Source: an uncultured Mediterranea sp. (lineage in GTDB: Bacteria > Bacteroidota > Bacteroidia > Bacteroidales > Bacteroidaceae). Taken from it: a DNA stretch of 50,862 nt. Under the pieces are notes generated by a model. The model searched no databases. It saw only the letters and a program-made list of their open reading frames with translations, and had not been told where the DNA came from. The stretch spans positions 1 to 50,862 of the forward strand of contig CAMAMO010000001.1 in assembly GCA_945836915.1 (NCBI GenBank), given 5' to 3'. Made by a program: the position numbers and the translations under genes. Shown here piece by piece: positions 19,351 to 29,700 of the stretch. How positions within the stretch are numbered: the first letter of the stretch is position 1; each line of letters opens with the position of its first letter.

Positions 19351-21507
19351 TTAGTCAATAATCGTCATCTCGTTGATGAGGTGGATGGCTTGACCCTGTT
19401 TTTCGACGATGAAGAGGAGGTAGCGGATATCTACACCGATTGTGCGCTGCAAGCGGGGTTCGTAGTTCAGGTCGCTGCTCATCGCCTCCCAGTTTCCATC
19501 GAAGGCTAAGCCTATCAGCTCCCCTTTGCCGTTGAACATGCCGCTGCCGCTATTGCCTCCCGTGATGTCGTTATTGGTGATGAAGCAGAGGTGTAATTGT
19601 CCATCCTTTTTGTCAGCATAGCGACCAAAATCTCCCGCTTCAAACAGTTTTAACAGACTGGGTTGTACAGCGTAGTTAGGGTCATCGGGGTGGCCAAAGT
19701 GTTTCTCAAACACGCCCAATGGGGTGGTGTAGTAGTTGTATCTGATGCCATCTGCGGGGTTGTAGTCTGCTACGATACCATAGCTTAACCGCAGGGTGGA
19801 GTTGGCGTCGGGATAGTGCATTTGCTGGTTTTCCATGCGTCTCAGAGCAGCGCCTAACTCCCGTTCACCGCGTTCCACTTTGGTCATCGGATCACCACCT
19901 TCTCCTTTGAGTTGCCAGATAACCCCCAGCAGGTCGATGCAAAGGCCAACAGCGGGATCTTGAAAGATGAGTGAATCATCCTTGCTTAGGAGCAGCTCGC
20001 GGAGTTTATCGAGGGAGGTGAGTCGCGAGCGGCTGTAGAGGGTGTCTGCATAGGCTTCGATGGAGCCATTGTAGAGGGTGTCAATGGTCTGGTAGAAATC
20101 GGGTAGATAGATAGGTTCCACTCGCTCTCTGTAAATTTTGAGCATAGCCTTGAACACCTCGCAATCTACGATGGAATCACTGTTTCTGGCCTGCTGACCC
20201 AGTCGGCGCAAGTAGCGTATGATGCTTTCTTCATCCCCTTCGCTGTCGAAGTTGAGTAGCATGTAGGCTAACTGAATCAAATCTGGCCCGTTGAAAAAAC
20301 ACTCTAACAGATAGGCAAAGGTGCGGTCGGATTGGTTCATTTGGCTATAGGCCTGTTCCAGATTGGTGAGCAGCTGGAGATGCTTCTCGCGTTCAGCGGG
20401 TGTCTGGCGAATCCATTGGCGTAACTTCGCCTCGCGTTCCCGTCTCCTCTCCAGCAGATGGAGTTTGCGTACGCTGCGTAGGGTGCCGATACTGTTTTTC
20501 CAGTAGTTGGAGCTTTGGTCATATTTCGAGGCGTACATCAGGCGAATCTTTGGGTTCATGGCCATGTGGCGTTGCCAGATTGTTTGCTTGATGCCTCGCA
20601 CCTCAGCTTGTGCGGTATGCTCTCCTTGCAGGGAATTTTCGATGCCAAACGATGAGAGGTAGCGTGTGGTGGTGCCTGGATAGCCTAAGGTCATACAGAA
20701 GGTGCCGGGCTGGTAGCCTTGCAGCGAGATAGGGGCTACGGTCGTGGGGCGATAGGGTTGGTTGTCAGGGTCATAGTTGGCGGGTCTGTTCAGGGCATCG
20801 GCGTAGATACGGAAAAGGCAAAAGTCGCCCGTGTGGCGCGGCCACTCCCAGTTGTCGTGGTCCCATCCAAACTTCCCTACCGATGAGGGTGGGGCGAAGA
20901 CCAGACGTACATCGTTATAGTCGCGATAGACTGAGAGCCAGTACTCTTCACCGCCGTAGTAGGCATCTACTACTCCTGTCAGAGTGGAATCTTTGCGGTT
21001 CACTTCGTCACCAATCATCAGGGCGATGCTGTCGATAGCCTGGGTGCGCTCTTCTTCGCTCATCGAGGTGTTGAGTGCACGTTTCACCCGTCGGGTTACG
21101 TTTTCCTGGCGCAGCAGGAAGCGTACGTAAAGGTCTGGACAAGGGAGTTCTTCCTCTTGTCTGCGTGCCACAAAACCGTCTGTTAGGTAGTCGTGCTCTT
21201 CGTTGGCGTGGAATTGGATGCTCTCAAAGCCACAGTGGTGGTTAGTCAGCACCAATCCTTCGTGGCTCACTACCACCCCTGAACAGAATCCACCAAAGCT
21301 GACCACTGCATCCTTCAGTGACTTCCCTTTAGGGTTATAGAGTTGGCGCGTAGAGAGTTGCAATCCCTCCGCTTTCATCTCCTTCACTATCACCTTGTGC
21401 AGGTTGCCCAGCATCCACATCCCTTCATCGGCATGGATAGAGGTCGTGGAGCAAATCGCGGAGAGAGCGAATGCCATCTTTAGGAGTCGGTTCCAGAGTG
21501 GCTTCAT
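19351..21507 (-). CDS. S46 family dipeptidyl peptidase (DPP7-like)
   Basis: Signal peptide then ADEGMW, TNHHC, NWEWPRHTGDF, DITGGNSGS, AFDGNWEAMS (Gly at the S1-determining position, not Arg). Confidence 0.92.
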   Translation of the reverse strand: MKPLWNRLLKMAFALSAICSTTSIHADEGMWMLGNLHKVIVKEMKAEGLQLSTRQLYNPKGKSLKDAVVSFGGFCSGVVVSHEGLVLTNHHCGFESIQFHANEEHDYLTDGFVARRQEEELPCPDLYVRFLLRQENVTRRVKRALNTSMSEEERTQAIDSIALMIGDEVNRKDSTLTGVVDAYYGGEEYWLSVYRDYNDVRLVFAPPSSVGKFGWDHDNWEWPRHTGDFCLFRIYADALNRPANYDPDNQPYRPTTVAPISLQGYQPGTFCMTLGYPGTTTRYLSSFGIENSLQGEHTAQAEVRGIKQTIWQRHMAMNPKIRLMYASKYDQSSNYWKNSIGTLRSVRKLHLLERRREREAKLRQWIRQTPAEREKHLQLLTNLEQAYSQMNQSDRTFAYLLECFFNGPDLIQLAYMLLNFDSEGDEESIIRYLRRLGQQARNSDSIVDCEVFKAMLKIYRERVEPIYLPDFYQTIDTLYNGSIEAYADTLYSRSRLTSLDKLRELLLSKDDSLIFQDPAVGLCIDLLGVIWQLKGEGGDPMTKVERGERELGAALRRMENQQMHYPDANSTLRLSYGIVADYNPADGIRYNYYTTPLGVFEKHFGHPDDPNYAVQPSLLKLFEAGDFGRYADKKDGQLHLCFITNNDITGGNSGSGMFNGKGELIGLAFDGNWEAMSSDLNYEPRLQRTIGVDIRYLLFIVEKQGQAIHLINEMTIID

Positions 21508-21518
21508 GGCTTAGTGTA

Positions 21519-22895
21519 TTATTTCGTTTCGATAATCAGCCGCACGCGGTCGGTACCCAGACGGGCTTTCAGCCATTGGGCCATCTTCTCTTTCTCAGTT
21601 GGTTTGGGCTGTTTGCTTAGCTGCACAATGGCAAAGGTCAAGGTATCTGCCTGCAGAGAGTCCACTTGTTGCTCGATGGCGTGCGAGAGGGCTATGCTCT
21701 TCACGTCGGGATAGAGAACCTTTAACTCGGGTGCCAGCGACACGCTCAGTTCATCAAAACGGTGATACTTTTGTAGGTCGCTTGTCAAGTTGGCTATCTG
21801 TTGCTTCTGCTCCTGCAGGCGCTCTTCGCTCTGTTTATAGAAGTCCTCCATCACCATCGCGCGGAGGTTGCTTATGTCGAGCGATTCGTTGTTACTGCCT
21901 TGCATGACGGTAAGGCGGGTATTCTCCAAGTTATATGCGTTCATCTTGGCACGGGCCAGTCCGATGGAGGCCTCGGGCACCTCTTGGCCAATCAGCACTA
22001 CCCTGATTTCATTGCCCTCAGCGGTATGCATAATCTTCTTGTCGAGAATCTGCGTCCCCTCAAAGGTGAGTTGCTCGTTGATGAAGCGGTTGGCAGCGCC
22101 GTCGAACACCATCTCGCGGATGATGCCTACGGTGAGGTAGATGGCTGGACAGAGGGTAAGGATCACCACCAGAATGATGTATCGGCGCACTTTCAGCTCA
22201 CGAGCCTTATCCACAAAGGCTTTACGCTGGAAGTGCATCACCCGCACACCGGTAAAGGTGGCCAGGCTGATGAAGACCGAGTTGATGAAGTAGAGGTAGA
22301 AGGCGCCGAAGAAATAGACCGCATTGCCTGTGGCCAGGCCGTAGCCTGCCGTGCAGAGGGGTGGCATCAAGGCGGTGGCGATGGCCACACCGGGTATCAC
22401 GTTGCCCTTCTCCTTGGTACTGAGGGCTACCACGCCGGCCAGGCCGCCGAGCAGGGCGATGAACACGTCGTAAATCGTGGGCGAGGTGCGGGCCAGCAGC
22501 TCCGACTGCCCTTCGGCCACAGGGCTGATCAGGAAGAAGATGGTGGCCGTGGTGACGCTGAAGAGCGTCGTGATGAGGTAACTCTTGAGCGAGCGTTTCA
22601 TCAGTTCAAAGTCGTTCAGACCCACCGACAGACCTACTCCCATGATAGGGCCCATCAATGGTGAGATTAACATCGCGCCAATAATTACCGCCGTGCTGTT
22701 CACATTCAGACCGAGCGAGGCCATAAAGATGGCCAAAATTAGGATCCAGAGGTTGGCCCCTTTGAACTCCACTCCCTTGCGGATGGACTCTACGGTCTCT
22801 TTCTCATTATCTTTGTCCTTGCGCAAATCCAGATAGTCCTTCACGAACTTCTTGATAGAGAAATTGTTGCGTGTTGCTGGTTGATTCTGTTCCAT
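21519..22895 (-). CDS. DUF389 / TIGR00341 family membrane protein
   Basis: LNVNSTAVIIGAMLISPLMGP, ELLARTSP, IPGVAIATALMPPL. Confidence 0.9.
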   Translation of the reverse strand: MEQNQPATRNNFSIKKFVKDYLDLRKDKDNEKETVESIRKGVEFKGANLWILILAIFMASLGLNVNSTAVIIGAMLISPLMGPIMGVGLSVGLNDFELMKRSLKSYLITTLFSVTTATIFFLISPVAEGQSELLARTSPTIYDVFIALLGGLAGVVALSTKEKGNVIPGVAIATALMPPLCTAGYGLATGNAVYFFGAFYLYFINSVFISLATFTGVRVMHFQRKAFVDKARELKVRRYIILVVILTLCPAIYLTVGIIREMVFDGAANRFINEQLTFEGTQILDKKIMHTAEGNEIRVVLIGQEVPEASIGLARAKMNAYNLENTRLTVMQGSNNESLDISNLRAMVMEDFYKQSEERLQEQKQQIANLTSDLQKYHRFDELSVSLAPELKVLYPDVKSIALSHAIEQQVDSLQADTLTFAIVQLSKQPKPTEKEKMAQWLKARLGTDRVRLIIETK

Positions 22896-22899
22896 AATC

Positions 22900-24318
22900 T
22901 TATCTCTTTCGTTTTAAGAATTCTTGTTTGATGGTCCACCCCAGGAAAAGGAGGAGCAGCAGTGAGCGGAACGCCAGTCGCAGCCAGAGGTTCTCAATCG
23001 ATACCCAGCTGGCCACACCATAGAGCAGCGCTGCCAACGCTACGTAGCTGCCAATGGCTCTGAGGTTGTAGGGAATGGGGTACTTCTTCTGTCCTACAAA
23101 GTAGGAGAGGAGCATGGCGGTGCCATATCCTGCAAAGCCAGCCCAGGCGCAGGCCATGTAGCTGTAGTGGGGGATGAGGGCGATGTTGAGACTCACCAGC
23201 ACGAGGCAGCCCGTCAGCGAGAACCAAGCCCCCCAGTGGGTCTGGTCGGTCAATTTGTACCAGAAGGAGAGGTTGAAGTAGATACCCATGAAGATTTCTG
23301 CCGCCATCACGATGGGTACCACACGTAGTCCAGGCCAGTAGTCACGGCCAATGATAAACTTCAGGATGTCGATGTAGAAGAGTACGGCCAGGTAGGCCAG
23401 CAGAGTGAAGATGATGAAGAACTTCATGGCCTGGGCGTACATCTGCAGGTTATCCTTGTCGCGGCTCTTGCCGAACACGAAGGGTTCGTAGGCAAAGCGG
23501 AAGGCTTGGGTCAGCATAGCCATGACCATGGCTATCTTACTGGCTGCCCCGTAGATGCCGAGCTCCACCGAGGCCTGCGACGGGTCTGGATAGACAAAGG
23601 GGAAGATGATCTTGTCGGCCACCTGATTGAGGATGCCGGCTATGCCGAGCAGCAGCAGCGGGAAGCTGTAAGAGAGCATCCTGCGCAGCAGGGCGCGATC
23701 CAGGCCGTAGCGGCAGGGACGCAACTCGGGCAGCAGGCAGAGCATCACCACCGAGGTACAGATCAGGTTGATGAGGAAGGCGCAGCCCACCTCCTTGCCC
23801 TCCATGGCTACATAATAAATCAGGTTGAGGCTGATGTTGAGCACGATGAAGAGCAACTTCAGCGCTGCGAACCGCAGCGGACGCTTCTGGTAGCGCAGGT
23901 AGGCAAAGGGGATGCACTGGATGGCATCCATGGCCACTACCACCATCATCATCCCCACGTACCAGGGATGATCGCCATACTCCAACCATCCGGCAATGGG
24001 TTGCAGGCAGAGCAGGCCTATCAGCAGGAAGGTGAGTGAGAAGCTTCCCACGCCAAGCAGGGTGGTGGAATAGACCTTCTGCGGGTTTTCGCCCTCCTTG
24101 TTTGCAAAGCGGAAGAAGCCTGTCTCCATGCCGCAGGTGAGGATGACGAGTACCAGCGCCACCCAGGCGTAGATGTTGGTCACGACCCCATAGCCTCCCG
24201 ACTGTGCTGAGAGGGCTGTGGTATATACTGGTACCAGCAGGTAGTTGAGGAACCTACCCACGATGCTGCTCAATCCGTAGATGGCAGTCTCCTTTGCCAA
24301 ACTTCTTAATCCAACCAT
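22900..24318 (-). CDS. MOP-superfamily oligosaccharide flippase (polysaccharide biosynthesis protein)
   Basis: LAKETAIYGLSSIVGRFLNYLLVP, GMETGFFRF, QAFRFAYEPF; multiple TM segments. Confidence 0.88.
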   Translation of the reverse strand: MVGLRSLAKETAIYGLSSIVGRFLNYLLVPVYTTALSAQSGGYGVVTNIYAWVALVLVILTCGMETGFFRFANKEGENPQKVYSTTLLGVGSFSLTFLLIGLLCLQPIAGWLEYGDHPWYVGMMMVVVAMDAIQCIPFAYLRYQKRPLRFAALKLLFIVLNISLNLIYYVAMEGKEVGCAFLINLICTSVVMLCLLPELRPCRYGLDRALLRRMLSYSFPLLLLGIAGILNQVADKIIFPFVYPDPSQASVELGIYGAASKIAMVMAMLTQAFRFAYEPFVFGKSRDKDNLQMYAQAMKFFIIFTLLAYLAVLFYIDILKFIIGRDYWPGLRVVPIVMAAEIFMGIYFNLSFWYKLTDQTHWGAWFSLTGCLVLVSLNIALIPHYSYMACAWAGFAGYGTAMLLSYFVGQKKYPIPYNLRAIGSYVALAALLYGVASWVSIENLWLRLAFRSLLLLLFLGWTIKQEFLKRKR

Positions 24319-24323
24319 TTTTT

Positions 24324-24354
24324 AGTTACAAGTTACGAGCTACGAGCTACAAGT
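24324..24354. repeat. Intergenic heptamer tandem repeat AG(T/C)TAC(A/G) x4
   Basis: AGTTACA AGTTACG AGCTACG AGCTACA AGT. Confidence 0.7.
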
Positions 24355-24373
24355 ATTCTTTAGTTATAAGCTA

Positions 24374-24985
24374 CTAGATAATGGAATTTTTTCCATCGAA
24401 GTCAGCGGGGTGGCTTTCCTGACAGGCAGCTAGCTCTTTCTCGGTCATGCGCTGGTAGGTGGAGTAGCCATAGATATAGCGCATCGTACCGCCTCCGGTG
24501 CTGCGCTGGCCAAGGTAAATCAGCACCCTCATCAGATCGCCGCGCAGATAGATTATCTGACGGAGATCGAGCTGCTTGGATGAGTCGATGGACCAAAGGG
24601 TGTTATCCTCTTCGTCGTAGGCGTAACTGTAAGTCCTGTAGCCTCTGGCTGGAAGGGCATCGACAAAGAAGTAAGCCTTCAGCGAAGTGGCACTTTCGAA
24701 GTAGAAATCTGTAGGACTTGAGCCAATCATATCTTCGTAATACTCCTTGCCGGAGGGGTTGCCATTGGTGTCTATCTCGTAGGTGCTGAGGTGTTTCCAT
24801 CCGCTTCCAACGACTTGCTGATTGAACTCTTTTTGGCTCAAGGGGGTTACGGAAGCTGCCGAGCAGTTGCCGTTGCGGTCGAACACAAAGGCGGGACCAT
24901 CGTCATCGCCGCAGGCGCTCAAGGTGATGAGTGCGAAAAGGATGAGCAGGCAACTGCTCCAGTTTTTCAAGAATTTGTTGTTCAT
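24374..24985 (-). CDS. Hypothetical lipoprotein
   Basis: Signal peptide II ending LSAC followed by acidic GDDDG; start MNNKF at 24985. Confidence 0.7.
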   Translation of the reverse strand: MNNKFLKNWSSCLLILFALITLSACGDDDGPAFVFDRNGNCSAASVTPLSQKEFNQQVVGSGWKHLSTYEIDTNGNPSGKEYYEDMIGSSPTDFYFESATSLKAYFFVDALPARGYRTYSYAYDEEDNTLWSIDSSKQLDLRQIIYLRGDLMRVLIYLGQRSTGGGTMRYIYGYSTYQRMTEKELAACQESHPADFDGKNSII

Positions 24986-25010
24986 CGTTCTCTTTTTTTT
25001 GCGTAAATAA

Positions 25011-26039
25011 TTAATCTTCACTAAACAGGGTGCGCTCCTGGTAGATGCTGCGTCCCAGGTGCTTGTAGGCCAGTTCGGTCACTTCGCGTCCGCGGGGGGT
25101 ACGCTTCATGAATCCCTCCTTGATGAGGAAGGGCTCATAGACCTCCTCAATCGTGCCAGGGTCTTCGCCCAGGGCGGTGGCAATGGTGCTGATGCCCACT
25201 GGGCCTCCCTTGAACTTGTCGATCAGGGTGAGCAAGATCTTGTTGTCAATCTGGTCCAGTCCATAGCGATCGATGTTGAGGGCCTCCAGGGCGTAGCGGG
25301 CAATCTCCGTGTCAATCTTGCCACTCCCCTTCACCTGGGCAAAGTCGCGCACGCGGCGCAGCAGAGCGTTAGCTATACGGGGCGTACCGCGGCTGCGACC
25401 GGCTATCTCCACCGCTGCCGGTTGCGAACAGGGTACTTGCAAAATTTCAGCCGAGCGGCGGATAATTTGGGCCAGCACGGTGTTGTCGTAATACTCCAGA
25501 TGCAGATTGATGCCGAAGCGAGCGCGTAGCGGAGCGGTAAGCAGACCACTGCGGGTGGTGGCACCCACCAGAGTGAAGGGGTTCAGGTCAATCTGGATAC
25601 TCCGCGCCGAGGGGCCTTTATCAATCATGATGTCGATGCGGTAATCCTCCATGGCCGAGTAGAGGTACTCCTCAACCAGCGGACTTAAGCGGTGAATTTC
25701 ATCGATAAAGAGCACATCATTCGGTTCCAGTGAGGTCAAGATACCGGCCAAATCGCCTGGCTTGTCCAACACGGGACCGCTGGTTACTTTAAAGCCTACA
25801 CCCAGTTCGTTGGCTATGATGTTTGATAGCGTGGTCTTACCCAGTCCGGGAGGGCCGTGCAGCAGGACGTGGTCTAGCGCCTCGCCACGTAGGCGGGCCG
25901 CTTTGACGAAGATGCGCAGGTTATCCACTACCTTGTCCTGACCGTTGAAATCCTCAAAGGCCAGTGGGCGCAAGGCATTCTCAAACTCGCGTTCGCTTTT
26001 CGATAGCTGCTGCTGATTACGTATGTCAAAATCTTCCAT
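25011..26039 (-). CDS. ruvB: Holliday junction branch migration helicase RuvB
   Basis: [40 protein letters not shown]. Confidence 0.98.
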   Translation of the reverse strand: MEDFDIRNQQQLSKSEREFENALRPLAFEDFNGQDKVVDNLRIFVKAARLRGEALDHVLLHGPPGLGKTTLSNIIANELGVGFKVTSGPVLDKPGDLAGILTSLEPNDVLFIDEIHRLSPLVEEYLYSAMEDYRIDIMIDKGPSARSIQIDLNPFTLVGATTRSGLLTAPLRARFGINLHLEYYDNTVLAQIIRRSAEILQVPCSQPAAVEIAGRSRGTPRIANALLRRVRDFAQVKGSGKIDTEIARYALEALNIDRYGLDQIDNKILLTLIDKFKGGPVGISTIATALGEDPGTIEEVYEPFLIKEGFMKRTPRGREVTELAYKHLGRSIYQERTLFSED

Positions 26040-26041
26040 AT

Positions 26042-26069
26042 ATCACTAAACACTAATCACTAATCACTC
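26042..26069. repeat. Intergenic heptamer tandem repeat A(T/A)CACT(A/C) x4
   Basis: ATCACTA AACACTA ATCACTA ATCACTC fills the gap between the deacetylase and ruvB. Confidence 0.7.
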
Positions 26070-26735
26070 CTACAGGGTCTTGATTTGGTATCCCTCCTCC
26101 ATAAAGAACTCAATGGCTCGAGGGAGGGCATATTGCAGGTTGCCATTCGTCCACGACTTCAACGAGTCGTGGAAGGTGATGATGGAGCCGTTGCGTGTGT
26201 AGCGCAACACGTTAGCCAGCACCTGCGGACCGCGCAACTTCTTGCTGTAGTCACGTGTTACCAGGTCCCACATAACGATACGGTAACGCCGCTTCAAGGT
26301 GATGTACTGGGCCCAGCCCATATGGCCGTGGGGTGGACGGAAGAGGAGGGGACGTAGCTGGCTTTCGTTGAAAGGTACGTGGGCCATCTCCTCCCTCATG
26401 ATGTCGTACGCCATCTCCGTATTCTCCAGATAGTTCCATGAGGTGAAGTACTTCCTGCTGAAGCCGCGTATATGGTTGAAGGTATGGTTGCCGATGCGAT
26501 GCCCTCGCCTCACCACCTCACGAAACTCCTCCGGGTGCTTACGGATGTTATCGCCCACCAGAAAGAAGGTGGCCTTCACCCCGTAGCGGTCTAGCAGATC
26601 CAGCACCCAAGGGGTCACCTCGGGAATCGGCCCGTCGTCAAAGGTGAGATAGACTGCTTTCTCCTCTGGATTGAGGCGCCACAGGGCACCTGGGTAGAGG
26701 CAGCGAAGCCATTTTGAGGGTTGTTCAATCAGCAT
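26070..26735 (-). CDS. CE4 polysaccharide deacetylase
   Basis: YLTFDDGP, ATFF, GNHTFNH, FRPPHG, IITFHD. Confidence 0.92.
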   Translation of the reverse strand: MLIEQPSKWLRCLYPGALWRLNPEEKAVYLTFDDGPIPEVTPWVLDLLDRYGVKATFFLVGDNIRKHPEEFREVVRRGHRIGNHTFNHIRGFSRKYFTSWNYLENTEMAYDIMREEMAHVPFNESQLRPLLFRPPHGHMGWAQYITLKRRYRIVMWDLVTRDYSKKLRGPQVLANVLRYTRNGSIITFHDSLKSWTNGNLQYALPRAIEFFMEEGYQIKTL

Positions 26736-26751
26736 AAACGTTCTTCCTTAT

Positions 26752-29700
26752 TTATTTCAACCGTTGCAGGTAGAGGTCATACATCTCGTTGAGCTTCTTT
26801 TCATAGACTTCAGTCATGGGCGAGTTGTTCTCCTTCAGCATCTTCACCTCGGCGTCGAGCACAGCCCAGTGATACTCAAACTCGTGGGTAGAAATGTAGA
26901 AGCGGCCCTCATCCAAGCCGATGTAGAAGGTCATGTATTCCACCGCCTTATCGGCCAGCGCCTTCATGATGGCCTCGGCCTCCGTCGTCATACCCAGCTG
27001 ATAGTAGGCACGTGCCATCTGTGCGGCACCGTTCTGCCAGTCATAGGGTACGTTATAGGCCGGAATCATCTGCTCTGCGTAAGTCAACGCCTCCTTAGCC
27101 TGCTTCCTCTTGCCCTCTGCCATCAGCTGCTGGATGAGTTGTGAGAAGATGCGTCGGTGGGTATAGCACATACGCATGGCGTTTTCGTCGATGTAGATGC
27201 CCGGTCTATCAATGCCGCCAAAGCGGAACTTATGCATCAGGTTGTCATACATCTTCTCCGAGTCCACCTTCACACCCGTCTTGTTGGTGTCGAAGGGGGT
27301 AAAGCGATAGGCCAATCCCTCTTGGATAAAGTGGTTCTGCATACCCAGCTGCTCTTCAGAGCCTACGCTGATAGCCATGTAGATGGGGCGCTCCCAGTTG
27401 GCATTAGCCAGCATCTCAAGCATCATCAGATCTTTCTTGTAGAGGGCCCGCTTACCTTTGAGGGAGATGTGCATGTAGTCAGGGATGGAGTCGCCGGGGA
27501 TGTACATACCGCTGCGGCGTACAGCCTCTTTGTCTACCTTCAGCACGATGCTGTCTGTCGGAATCACCTTCAGCTCCTCATCCTTGGCATTGCGAATCCA
27601 GTGCTGCAGGATGTTCTTCAGCTCGTAGGGGTTTTCGCCAAACTCGCGCTTCACGTTCACCATTGCCTCGGGGTTCCCTTCCAGACTCTCCTTCTCGGCC
27701 TGGGCATAGAGGGCATCGATGCTCTTCTTGAACTCTGGCTTTACGGGGATGTACTCGTTGGTACCCTCTACATACTCCATGCGCTCCCAAGTGATGGGTA
27801 GCGAGGGGCTGTCGTAGGCCGGTCGCTTCATCTGGTCGATGTACCAGTCGGTCTGCAGGTAAGAAAGGTTGCAGGTGCGGGTATCGGTGCGGAAGCTTTC
27901 GGTCTCTTGGTTGTACCAGAGGGGGAAGGTGTCGTTATCGCCGTTGGTGTAAATAATGGGGTTGCCATGCTCTTGAAGCGACATCAGGTAGTTTTGTCCG
28001 AAGTCGCGGCAGAGATAGCGGTCGCTGCGGTCGTGGTCGTCCCAGGTCTGCGAGGCCATTTGGATGGGTACCAGCAGGCAGACCAGCGAAATCAGGGCCG
28101 CTTGTAGGGCCGATTTACTCTTCGTAGCTTCTATCAGGGCTGCCACACCCATGCCAATCCAGATGGCAAAGGCGTAGAATGAGCCGGCGTAGGCGTAGTC
28201 GCGTTCGCGCGGTTGGCTGGGTGTTTGATTCAGGTAGAGCACAATGGCGATACCCGTCATGAAGAAGAGGAAGAAGACCACCCAGAACTGCTGCACACCT
28301 ACGGCGTGCTCTACTGGATTACCCCTCTCATCAGTGGTTTGGCGTACGCGGTAGGCTTGCCACAGTAGGCCGATGATACCCAGCAGCAGCGGCAGACCGT
28401 AGAATACGTTACGACCCTTGTTCTCGCGCAGCTCGCTGGGCAGTTGGCTCTGATCGCCTACCAGTAGCTTATCGATGGCATTGATACCAGTAATCCAGTT
28501 ACCATGCTCAATCTCCCCGCTGCCCTGCAGGTCGTTCTGTCGACCCACGAAGTTCCACATAAAGTAGCGCCAGTACATCCAGTTCAGTTGGTAGGAGAAG
28601 AAGAACTTGATGTTCTCCCACTGTGTCGGCATGTTTACCATGATCATATTACCACACTGGTCATAGGGTACCTCGTACCCCTCAATATCCTGCCAAGCCT
28701 GGTACTCGCGCGTATGGAGCGAACTGTACATGCGAGGGAAAAGCATATTCTGCGCATACTCATACTCCACGCGGCCCGGAATCTCGATGTAGGCGTCTTT
28801 CTCATCAGGCGTTGCCTTCTCCTTGCGGATAAACTTGGTGCCATTATACTTGATGCGCGGTTCGCAGTAACCGTTCTTCACGTCCAGGGCCACCTTCGAG
28901 CTGAAGGCCGGTCCGTAGAAGAGCGGACGCGTACCATACTGCTCACGTCCCAAGTACTCACCTAAGGTAAAGATATCCTCCGGTGAGTTCTGATCCATCG
29001 GTGTGTTGGCCGTAGAGCGAATCACGATCAGTGCATAGGAGGAGTAACCCACCACAATCAGTAGCGTGCAGAGCAAGGCTGTGTTCAGCGTGCGTGCTGT
29101 TACCCGCCAGCTTGCCTTCAGCTTCTGCTGCACCGAGGGCCACAGGTAGAGTGCCAGCGCTGCAATCACTACGATGCCAATCCCCACTGACGTAGCGCCA
29201 TGCCCATAGAAGGGAATACCTAACATGGCGATAGCCAGCACAAACGAGAGGGCCATCCGCTGTGCGCTACGCTCTGTGTAGCTCTCATAGATGCCCCAGA
29301 TCAGGGCAGCAGCCAGACAGAGGATATAGACTATGACGCCCGTGTTGAAGGGCATACCCCAACTGTTGACGAAGAGCAGTTCAAACCAGCCCCCCACCTT
29401 TACAATACCCGGTACGATGCCGTAGAGCACTACCGCCACCAGCACGCCGCTTCCTATCAGAGCCAGCAGCGACCCCTTGGCAGTAGCCTGAGGTACCTTT
29501 TTGAAGTAATAGACGAGCACGATAGCCGGCAGACAGAGTAGGTTGAGCAGGTGTACGCCGATACTTAATCCCGTGAGATAAGCAATCAGCACCAGCCAGC
29601 GGTCACTGTGCGGCTCATCCGCCACATCCTCCCACTTTAAAATTAGCCAGAACACCACGGCCGTAAAGAGCGATGAAAAGGCATAGACCTCACCCTCTAC

